A stretch of DNA of 64,000 bases from Colwellia polaris (GTDB lineage Archaea > Nanohalarchaeota > Nanosalinia > Nanosalinales > Nanosalinaceae). Both the position numbers and the translations under genes were made by a program. Position 1 is the first letter of the stretch, and the number at the start of each line of letters is the position of its first letter. This document shows, piece after piece, positions 18,364-25,816 of the stretch. The notes beneath the pieces were generated by a model. That model was given only the letters and a program-made list of their open reading frames with translations. It was not told the origin of the DNA and searched no databases. Where the stretch lies: contig JBLGBK010000003.1 of assembly GCA_047617785.1 (NCBI GenBank), forward strand, positions 22,853 through 86,852, given 5' to 3'.

Positions 18364-18527
18364 GGGAAAGTAGCTCAGGGGTTAGAGCGCTGCGCTCATA
18401 ACAACTTTTATGAGCGATGAGGGAGCAGGCGATTTCTGGATAGCCGGCTTTCCGATGATTAAAAACTCTTCCAGAATCATGTTTGTGAGAAACGCAGAGG
18501 TCCCGGGTTCGATTCCCGGCTTTCCCA
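18364..18527 (+). tRNA. tRNA with CAU anticodon (probably elongator Met; Ile2 not excluded), intron 18401-18491
   Basis: GGGAAAG/CTTTCCC acceptor; CTGCG-CTCATA|A-CGCAG anticodon arm; canonical BHB at 37/38 (CTCA/TGAG helix, TAA and AAA bulges); lacks initiator A1:U72; 10 nt downstream of tRNA-Val. Confidence 0.93.
18401..18491 (+). ncRNA. tRNA intron, candidate box C/D-like guide RNA for Cm34
   Basis: TTATGAGCG (18408-18416) is the reverse complement of the anticodon arm CGCTCATAA and is followed by D-like ATGA; C-like CCGATGA at 18452-18458. Confidence 0.6.
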
Positions 18528-18708
18528 TATAGTTTTGACTTAATTAGATTTTATCGTAGCCATCATCTTTTTTTTTGTGTCTAGATAGAAGTAAATTTCC
18601 CTGAGCTAGATGAAGATATGTTCTAGCTGGTTTAATTTGGTTTTTGTACCAGGTTTTTCCCTCTCTGATAGGGGAACATTAAAATGCATGTATTTAGAAT
18701 AAGTTGAT

Positions 18709-19074
18709 ATGGCAAGTAAAGAGGAAAAACTCGAGGAGCCTTTAAATGATCTGGACGATGTTCAAAGTGTAAATGGTGCTGCAGTTGTCCGACGAGATGG
18801 ATTGTTAATTGCTTCTAATATGGGCGATGATATTAATGATGATCAGGTTGGTGCTATGACGGCATCTACAGTAGGGTCTGGAGAGACGGCAAGTGAATCA
18901 CTGGAAATGGGAGATGTAGAAGCAGTAACAATCGAAGCAAAAAACGGAAAACTAGTCGCTACAGGAGCAGGAGACGAAGGAATCCTAGCAATACTAACAG
19001 ACGACGACGTCAACATGGGACTAGTAAAAGTCGAAATGGAAAAAGCAACAGACAAAATCAAAAGAGTACTTTAA
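18709..19074 (+). CDS. Roadblock/LC7 domain protein
   Basis: GAAVVRRDGLLIAS, GAM.A, NMGLVKVEM pattern. Confidence 0.93.
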   Translation: MASKEEKLEEPLNDLDDVQSVNGAAVVRRDGLLIASNMGDDINDDQVGAMTASTVGSGETASESLEMGDVEAVTIEAKNGKLVATGAGDEGILAILTDDDVNMGLVKVEMEKATDKIKRVL

Positions 19075-19122
19075 ACCCTTTTTCTCCTTACGTTTCTATA
19101 TCTGTATTTAATAGTATGAAGG

Positions 19123-19157
19123 AGAGGCAGAAGGATATTTTATTACCTTCTCCCTCT
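19123..19157. terminator. Inverted repeat between convergent genes, possible terminator
   Basis: AGAGGCAGAAGG-N11-CCTTCTCCCTCT (12 bp, 1 mismatch) between the roadblock gene and the Zn-finger microgene. Confidence 0.4.
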
Positions 19158-19167
19158 GGTTAAGTTT

Positions 19168-19308
19168 TCAGGCTTCGGCTCTTTGCGCCTTAGGAATACA
19201 TTCTTTATGGCAGTAACCGTCTGATGACTTCAGGTAATCATCCCTCTTGAAAACTCTTTCTTGGCAAAGAGTGCAGAAACCTAGCCTTACAGATCTTAGT
19301 TTAGACAT
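19168..19308 (-). CDS. Zinc-finger microprotein (46 aa, CxxC...HxxC)
   Basis: Own translation: MSKLRSVRLGFCTLCQERVFKRDDYLKSSDGYCHKECIPKAQRAEA; not in ORF track. Confidence 0.7.
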   Translation of the reverse strand: MSKLRSVRLGFCTLCQERVFKRDDYLKSSDGYCHKECIPKAQRAEA

Positions 19309-19454
19309 AGTTCGAAAATCCCCCGTCTCCCCTCGGGAATCAGTATTACTTTCTCCTTGCTTTTATGGATATATTTACAGCTCTACAATACTACTGTTGA
19401 GACAAAAACAGAGAATGAAAAAAGGTTTTTTAGGTCGTTAAATGCTGAAAAATT

Positions 19455-21125
19455 CTACTGATGGCCGTAGATAAACAGGTTCTCTTCTTCTTTGCGTACA
19501 AATCCGAAACGCTCGAACTGGACTATTTCATCTAGCGTGATTTCATTAGGTTCGATACGGCCTTCAGCTTTTCGACCGTCGGGCATCCACACGATAGATG
19601 TCTCAGATTCTTCAGGTGTCCACTGAACAAAGCTTATGTCTTGGTCGAGAGCTTCCTTGTAATCCTCTTCTACGTAGACTGCAGTTTGCTCGTCTTCAAA
19701 CTCGATGGTGCATAATCCTTTCAGTCGAAGCTTTCCGTCATTTATATCCTTTCTATCAACATATACTGTGAATTCTCCCTCTTCTAAGTTGACGTCAGGG
19801 CTTCTGTAACCGCGGTCAACGTCAGGATGAATAGGGATCTTCGCTTCTAGATCTTCCGGAGCGTCTTCGACTGTTATCGCTACAGGTTCTTCTACAAAGA
19901 AGTATCGGTCGGCGTCTTCGTCAATTACTCGGGTGTTCTCCTTCTCTAGACTTTCAATACTCGCTTCGATATTGTTCTCTGTTACTCCCATATCAACGAA
20001 GAACTTCTGAATGGCTTCCGGCTGGAAGCCTCTTCTCTTTAACGCTCGCAGTGTACCGCAGCGAGGATCATTCCATCCTTCAAGCTCGCCATCTTCCACC
20101 ATTTCTGCTATGGATGAGGTGGACATTGGAGCGGTGAAACCTGATACCTCTACCGTACCCCAGTATTGGATATACGGGTAATCCCAGTCAAGGTAATCGT
20201 AGATGTACTTCTGTCGCTTTGTAGATGCACGTAAATCTTTTCCACGGACAATGTGGGTGGTTCCCATGACGTGATCTTCAATAGCGCCTTGGAAGTCAAG
20301 CATAGGCCATACGCGGTACTTGTTCTCTGTAATAGGGTGGTTGGCGTTATCTATTATTCTAAATGCTACAAAGTCTCTTACTGCAGGGTTTTTGTGGTCC
20401 ATGTCGGTTTTGATCTTGAGAACGGCTTCTCCTTCTTCAATACTGCCGTTTTTCATTTCTTCCCAGTTTTTCATTGCCTTTGAAGGAACTTGTTCTCGGT
20501 GTGGGCACGCTTCTCCTTCTTTTCTGTATTTCTGTCCTTCTTCCTGGCTGCAGAAGCAAACATATGCTTTGCCCATGTCAATTAGTTTTTCAGCGTACTC
20601 TATGTAGGTATCAAAATTCTTTGAGCTGTAACGTACTTCATCTGGTTCGTAGCCAAGCCATTTGTAGTCTTCAAGATACATTTCGTAGGCTTCTTCCATC
20701 GGACGCTTAGTAACGGGGTCGGTATCGTCGTAGCGAAGAATTAGTTTTCCGTCATACTTGTCTCTTAGCTCTCCGTTGACTGTCATTCCACGTGCGTGAC
20801 CGAGGTGAGGCGGTCCGTTAGGATTTGGTGCGAACCGTACCACTACTTCGTCCATTTCCTCTGCGTTCGTTAGATCGGGCACAGGGTCGTGTTCTTTTTT
20901 CTCTGGTATATCGAATTCGTATTGTTCAAGTTCTTCTTCTTGTTCTTCTAGAGATAGCTGGTTTACTTCCTGGCAGACCTCTTGTGCTGTCGAAGTTACC
21001 TCGCCTTTATCATCAAATTCCTCTTCTGCGAATATCTTTCCGATTACTGCTCCAGGGTTGCATTCGCCGCCGTGCTGGACAGCGTTTCTCAAAGCGTATT
21101 TCCGTGCTATCTCTTCTAAACTCAT
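19455..21125 (-). CDS. gltX: Glutamyl-tRNA synthetase (archaeal, probably non-discriminating)
   Basis: RFAPNPNGPPHLGH, RYDDTDP, THIVRGKD, QFERFGFVR. Confidence 0.97.
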   Translation of the reverse strand: MSLEEIARKYALRNAVQHGGECNPGAVIGKIFAEEEFDDKGEVTSTAQEVCQEVNQLSLEEQEEELEQYEFDIPEKKEHDPVPDLTNAEEMDEVVVRFAPNPNGPPHLGHARGMTVNGELRDKYDGKLILRYDDTDPVTKRPMEEAYEMYLEDYKWLGYEPDEVRYSSKNFDTYIEYAEKLIDMGKAYVCFCSQEEGQKYRKEGEACPHREQVPSKAMKNWEEMKNGSIEEGEAVLKIKTDMDHKNPAVRDFVAFRIIDNANHPITENKYRVWPMLDFQGAIEDHVMGTTHIVRGKDLRASTKRQKYIYDYLDWDYPYIQYWGTVEVSGFTAPMSTSSIAEMVEDGELEGWNDPRCGTLRALKRRGFQPEAIQKFFVDMGVTENNIEASIESLEKENTRVIDEDADRYFFVEEPVAITVEDAPEDLEAKIPIHPDVDRGYRSPDVNLEEGEFTVYVDRKDINDGKLRLKGLCTIEFEDEQTAVYVEEDYKEALDQDISFVQWTPEESETSIVWMPDGRKAEGRIEPNEITLDEIVQFERFGFVRKEEENLFIYGHQ

Positions 21126-21181
21126 ACAAGAACTTTATGAGGTAAAAATTTCTATAAAGTCAGTGGTTAGTTTTCCTATCA

Positions 21182-21679
21182 TTATTGGTCTCGTATTAAA
21201 GTCCATTTCTTCTCGACGTCGGAGTTGTTTATAACACGTAGATTTCCGTCTTCTAATTCTAGCCGCGACTTCCTGAGCCCGACATTAGTTATCTCTCCTT
21301 TTAACCCGTCAACCTCGACGAAGTCCCCGTTGTTGAAGTCCGGATCTTTCGCTAGGTAGACGCCTGCAACTGTGTCGGATAGAACGTCCTTTAACGCGAA
21401 TGATACACCTAGAGCGACGAATCCGGCTGCTGTTCCAAGTGCTGCGGCGATTTCGCTGAATCCAAGGATGCTTAGGGTGATGAGTGTTGCTGAGAACCAT
21501 AGTAGTCCTTTAGATATGCTTTCCATAAGGTTCAGGATTGTTTCTTCCTCGAACTTGTGGGACAAGATATTATGGATAACTTTTCCGCCATAATTTATTG
21601 CCAGACTGGCAAATACCAAGAAAAGTGCTGCGGCGATTATGCGTGCGCCTACAGCGGTTAGAACAGCTTCCGAGATCAT
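21182..21679 (-). CDS. Small MscS-family mechanosensitive channel protein
   Basis: 3 TM; ALGVSFALKD.LSD.VAG, D.F..GD.VEV. Confidence 0.85.
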   Translation of the reverse strand: MISEAVLTAVGARIIAAALFLVFASLAINYGGKVIHNILSHKFEEETILNLMESISKGLLWFSATLITLSILGFSEIAAALGTAAGFVALGVSFALKDVLSDTVAGVYLAKDPDFNNGDFVEVDGLKGEITNVGLRKSRLELEDGNLRVINNSDVEKKWTLIRDQ

Positions 21680-21801
21680 ACGTTCTTAATTTCTTCCTGT
21701 GTCTTTTACTTCTGTCGGTCGGCAGAAAAAGAAAGTTTGGTAGTATATATGATTGTTTTTAACCTCTCGTATTTTTAACCAGTAGTTTGTATAACTCGGT
21801 T

Positions 21802-22281
21802 ATGGATGAACTCAAAGCTTCGATGATTATTTTGGCTATACTTGCTATCGGTTTTGCTGCACTAGGTTTTCTACCTACTCAGAATCAGTCAAAAGTGGTT
21901 TTCCAGACCGGATCTCTTGATTCAGCAGTAAAAGTTGAGGTGGCTGATAACAGTTCTACGAGGGCGAAAGGCTTGATGAATAGAGAATCGCTTTGCAGAA
22001 GATGTGGTATGATCTTTGTCTTTGAGAATGCCGAACAGCGTGCTTTTTGGATGAAGAACACGTCGATACCGCTGGACATAATTTTCATATCGGAGGATAG
22101 AGAGGTTATCAATGTCGAGCAGGCTGATCCTGAACCGGATGTAGCTGATGAGAATTTAACGCTTTACAGAAGTGATGAACCTGCAAAGTATGTTGTTGAA
22201 GTTAATCAGGGATTTGCTGAAGAAAAAAGTATAGAGGAGGGAACGAAAGTGTTGTTCCGCTCTATTCCTCTAGATCAATAA
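21802..22281 (+). CDS. DUF192 family protein with N-terminal anchor
   Basis: VEVAD...RAKGLM.RESL...GMIFVF...FWMKNT.IPLDIIF...YVVEVN; ATG at 21802. Confidence 0.92.
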   Translation: MDELKASMIILAILAIGFAALGFLPTQNQSKVVFQTGSLDSAVKVEVADNSSTRAKGLMNRESLCRRCGMIFVFENAEQRAFWMKNTSIPLDIIFISEDREVINVEQADPEPDVADENLTLYRSDEPAKYVVEVNQGFAEEKSIEEGTKVLFRSIPLDQ

Positions 22282-23578
22282 CGCTTTGGTTCTCGCTTAT
22301 GAAGATGTCTTCGTTCAGTGTGTAACCTTCTTGTCGAGCAAGCTCTACGTAGCTTCCAAGCTTCTGGATGTGCCCGTGGCTTGGAATGATGTTGTCGGGG
22401 TCGAAGAACTTGATGAAGTCTCTGTGATCTTCTTTCTTTGCGTGTCCGGATGTGTGGACGTTTTTGTAAAGTCTTACGCCCTGTTCCTTCATCTTTTTCT
22501 CTAGGTTGTATCTGTTTGCTCTTGTAGGCGGTGTTGGAATCGTTCGGCTGGAGAAGATTACGTGATCTCCTTCCTTGAACTTGAATGGGTATGTCTGAGA
22601 TGCGACTTTGTCCATCTGTGCTCCAGGTTCTCCCTGGTTTCCTGTCGCAACGATTAGCCATTCTTCTCTTTCTCCGTCTACCCGGTCCATTAGCTCCTTA
22701 CATTCATCGAAGTAGGAAACCATCTTGACGTCAGAGAGATCGATCAGATCAAGCTTCTCGGCTGCTTCTGTGTATTCTCTGAGGCTACGCCCCATAAATG
22801 CTACCTTTCTTCTGCCATTGTTTGCGTCTAGAATTGAGTTTAGACGTGCTATCTGACTGGAAAATGTTGTTACGAATACTGCACCACCTGCGTCGTAGCA
22901 AGCGTTCAGTACGTTGTCGAGCTCTACCTGAACTGCTTTTTCAGGCTTTACTCTTCCAGGTTCGTCTACAGAGGTTGTTCCAGGAACCATTACTCGGACT
23001 CCTTCTTCTCCTACTTCCTTGAGTCTTTCTGAGTCGGTGTTCTTTCCGATTACTGGACTTCGGTCGAACTTCATGTCGTTTCCGTAGACAACATTCCCTT
23101 CCTCTGTCCGAAGAAGTGATAGTGTTGCGTCTGGTATACTGTGATTGACATGCAAGAATTCAAGAGACTTTTTGGAATTGATTTCGTATTTGTCTCCTGT
23201 TTCCAGTTCAACAAGTTCGTTGTTGATGTTCTTCCGATCTCCTTCCATCCCGTTCTCGATAATCTTCTTTGTGAACGGGGTACATAGGATTGGTGCGTCG
23301 TACTGTCCTGCAAGTTTTGGAATTGCTCCTACGTGGTCAAGGTGTCCGTGGCCGATAACGATTGCCACGACGTTCTTGTCCATAATCTGTTTGTCTTTAG
23401 GAATTGCTCCTGTTTCTAGGGTTTGATTTGTGGTTAGTTCGTCGATTTGGTCTTCTGCGGCCACGACCTCTTCCATATCATAACCCATGTCGAAGATGAC
23501 GACTTCTCCGTCATCTGTTTCGACTGCGGTCATGTTCTTTCCGATTTCTTCGTAGCCTCCAATTGTGTGTACTTTCAT
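22262..23578 (-). CDS. rnj: RNase J-family beta-CASP ribonuclease
   Basis: IGGYEEIGKNMTA, HGHLDHVG, NHSIPD, TG.QGEP, HTSGHA, IPSHG. Confidence 0.93.
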   Translation of the reverse strand: MKVHTIGGYEEIGKNMTAVETDDGEVVIFDMGYDMEEVVAAEDQIDELTTNQTLETGAIPKDKQIMDKNVVAIVIGHGHLDHVGAIPKLAGQYDAPILCTPFTKKIIENGMEGDRKNINNELVELETGDKYEINSKKSLEFLHVNHSIPDATLSLLRTEEGNVVYGNDMKFDRSPVIGKNTDSERLKEVGEEGVRVMVPGTTSVDEPGRVKPEKAVQVELDNVLNACYDAGGAVFVTTFSSQIARLNSILDANNGRRKVAFMGRSLREYTEAAEKLDLIDLSDVKMVSYFDECKELMDRVDGEREEWLIVATGNQGEPGAQMDKVASQTYPFKFKEGDHVIFSSRTIPTPPTRANRYNLEKKMKEQGVRLYKNVHTSGHAKKEDHRDFIKFFDPDNIIPSHGHIQKLGSYVELARQEGYTLNEDIFISENQSVIDLEE

Positions 23579-23708
23579 AAAGTGAGAAATTCACCTGAAA
23601 TTTTGAAGTCTTTATAACATGTATCATAAATGAGACTCTTTTAAATCCCTCCTCGATTTCGGCCGGTGGAATACTTAAGACTTCCACTAACTCATACAAA
23701 CTGTAGAT

Positions 23709-25013
23709 ATGTACTCCGATCAAATCCAGCAACTTCTCGACGAAAAAGATATCGAAACCGGAGACCGGATAAAAGTAAATAAGCGTGAAGGCGTACTGAT
23801 GCCGAAACCGGAGACTGGCGATGAAAGTATAATTAATCTCAAGCTGGAAAGCGGGTACAATATAGGTCTTAAACCAGAAAACATCGAACTAGTTGAGAAG
23901 AAATATGTAGAGGACAGCGAACTAGAGGAGAAAATTACATACAGCGATGATAAGAAGGATATCTTACTTCTTCATACAGGAGGTACAATTGCATCAAGAG
24001 TTTCCTATGAAACTGGTGGCGTAAAGGCCTCTTTTGAGCAGGAAGATATGGTACAGATGTACCCCGAGGTTGTAGAGGAAGCCAACATTCACTCAGAAGT
24101 GTATGTAGGGAAGATAATGTCTGAAGACATGGAGCCAGGTCACTGGCAGGGACTAGCCCAAAAAATAGATGAGGTTAAAGATGAATACGATGGAATAATA
24201 ATCGGTCATGGTACCGATACTCTCGGCAGCACGGCAGCAGCTCTGAACCTGATGATGAAAGGACTGGATACTGGCGTCCTTATTGTAGGTTCACAGAGAT
24301 CTTCTGACCGGCCAAGTACTGACGCAAGAATGAATATTTTCTGCGCCACCAAATTCCTCTCCGAAACTGATTTCACAGGCATAGGTGTCTGTATGCACAA
24401 GAACACGAGCGACGACATGTGCTCGATTCTTCCCGGAGGAAAAGCAAGAAAAATGCACACCTCAAGAAGAGATGCTTTTGAGGCGATAAATTCTGAAGAA
24501 CTAGCTACTGTAGACTACCAGACAGGAGAAATAAACTATGAGGAAACTGAAGAGAAGAGCAAATACGAACTAAGAACGGACTTAAATGAAAATGTAGGTT
24601 TCCTTAAAGTGAGGCCTGGATTTGATCCAGAAGAACTACAGTTCTACATAGATCAAGACTATGACGGTGTAATTATTGAAGGCACAGGTTTAGGCCATAT
24701 GCCGATCAGTGCATTCGATGATAAAACTCAGCATCATAAAGAGATACAAGAGAAACTAGAGGAGCTAACGGATAAGGCCCTGGTTATCATGAGTTCCAAC
24801 TGCATCCATGGCCGAGTAAATATGGATGTATACGACAACCAGGTAAAGGTTAAGAAGAGAGGAGTATTTGAATCAGAAGACATGCATCCGGAACTAGCCT
24901 ACGTCAAACTTATGTGGTCTCTAGGCCAGGCCGAGGATAGCGAGGAAGCACTAGAAATTTTCCAGAACAACGTAAACGGAGAAATAAATGAAAGGACTCC
25001 CTACGTAGAATAA
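23709..25013 (+). CDS. gatD: Glu-tRNA(Gln) amidotransferase subunit D
   Basis: KLESGYNIG, TGGTIASRV, HGTDT, GSQRSSDRPS, KMHTSRRDAF. Confidence 0.97.
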   Translation: MYSDQIQQLLDEKDIETGDRIKVNKREGVLMPKPETGDESIINLKLESGYNIGLKPENIELVEKKYVEDSELEEKITYSDDKKDILLLHTGGTIASRVSYETGGVKASFEQEDMVQMYPEVVEEANIHSEVYVGKIMSEDMEPGHWQGLAQKIDEVKDEYDGIIIGHGTDTLGSTAAALNLMMKGLDTGVLIVGSQRSSDRPSTDARMNIFCATKFLSETDFTGIGVCMHKNTSDDMCSILPGGKARKMHTSRRDAFEAINSEELATVDYQTGEINYEETEEKSKYELRTDLNENVGFLKVRPGFDPEELQFYIDQDYDGVIIEGTGLGHMPISAFDDKTQHHKEIQEKLEELTDKALVIMSSNCIHGRVNMDVYDNQVKVKKRGVFESEDMHPELAYVKLMWSLGQAEDSEEALEIFQNNVNGEINERTPYVE

Positions 25014-25026
25014 CAGGGTTTAAACG

Positions 25027-25266
25027 ATGGATAAAGACGAATTTGATGCAAAAGCAGAGAAGTTTCTAGACGATGGAAACCAGGAAAGAGTTAGAGATAT
25101 TCTCAGAGAGTACGCTATGTGTATAGCATTCGAAGAGGACAAAGAGCTTGATAACCCTACACATCTTCTTGACTCGGTTGTTGATATTTCTACAGTGAAC
25201 GACTTCACAGAATACCGTGTTGCAAAATCGCTTATACGCAACGAAATCAAAAGAGGATCAATATGA
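25027..25266 (+). CDS. Hypothetical protein (79 aa)
   Basis: Acidic ORF; stop overlaps next start (ATGA); inside the gatD-gatE run. Confidence 0.7.
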   Translation: MDKDEFDAKAEKFLDDGNQERVRDILREYAMCIAFEEDKELDNPTHLLDSVVDISTVNDFTEYRVAKSLIRNEIKRGSI

Positions 25267-25811
25267 CGCAGCTTTACGGTGTTGCTGGCCTGCCTCTATC
25301 AGGTAAAACCACTGTAGCCGGCAAGATGCAGCAAAATGGCTTCAAAAAAGTCGACATGGGTGATGTCGTAAGAGAAGAAATGGATAAAAGAGGAGTTCCA
25401 GCTGAGGAAACAGGAGATTTCGTCTCCGCTCTAAGAAAACAGAATGGTATGGCTGCTATAGCAGAACTTACGCTTCCATATGTTGAAGAAGTATTACAGG
25501 AAAACGAAAAAGTGGTTATCAGCGGTATGCGAAGCTGGATGGAAAAAGAATGCTTTGAAAAGAATCTTAGCGAGCAATTAAATATAATTGCAGTATGGGC
25601 ATCTCGAGAAACACGTTTTGAAAGACAGGAAGGTCGTGGAAGAGAAGAAGATCAGGTAGTAAAGCTTGAGGAAAGAGATGAACGTGAGATTGAGCACGGT
25701 GCTGCCAAATTAATTACTTTAGCAGATTATCTTCTCGTTAACGAGTTTGATAGTCTAGAAGGTTTTGAGCAGGAAGTAGAAAATGCTTTACAAGAATTGG
25801 AGGTAAAATAA
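25263..25811 (+). CDS. P-loop nucleotide kinase (UPF0200/dephospho-CoA kinase-like)
   Basis: GLPLSGKT, MGDVVRE, RF.R...RGR..D, RDERE motifs. Confidence 0.85.
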   Translation: MTQLYGVAGLPLSGKTTVAGKMQQNGFKKVDMGDVVREEMDKRGVPAEETGDFVSALRKQNGMAAIAELTLPYVEEVLQENEKVVISGMRSWMEKECFEKNLSEQLNIIAVWASRETRFERQEGRGREEDQVVKLEERDEREIEHGAAKLITLADYLLVNEFDSLEGFEQEVENALQELEVK

Positions 25812-25816
25812 GTACT

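Noticed and set aside
18530-18708. Possible integrated-element att site after the tRNA genes
   Set aside because: No integrase and no duplicated tRNA 3' end seen in the window; only two short hairpins
19075-19454. Gap considered as RNase P or SRP RNA
   Set aside because: No GAGGAAAGUCC-type or CAGG-GNRA-AGCA core on either strand; explained by the 46-aa Zn-finger gene and flanking signals
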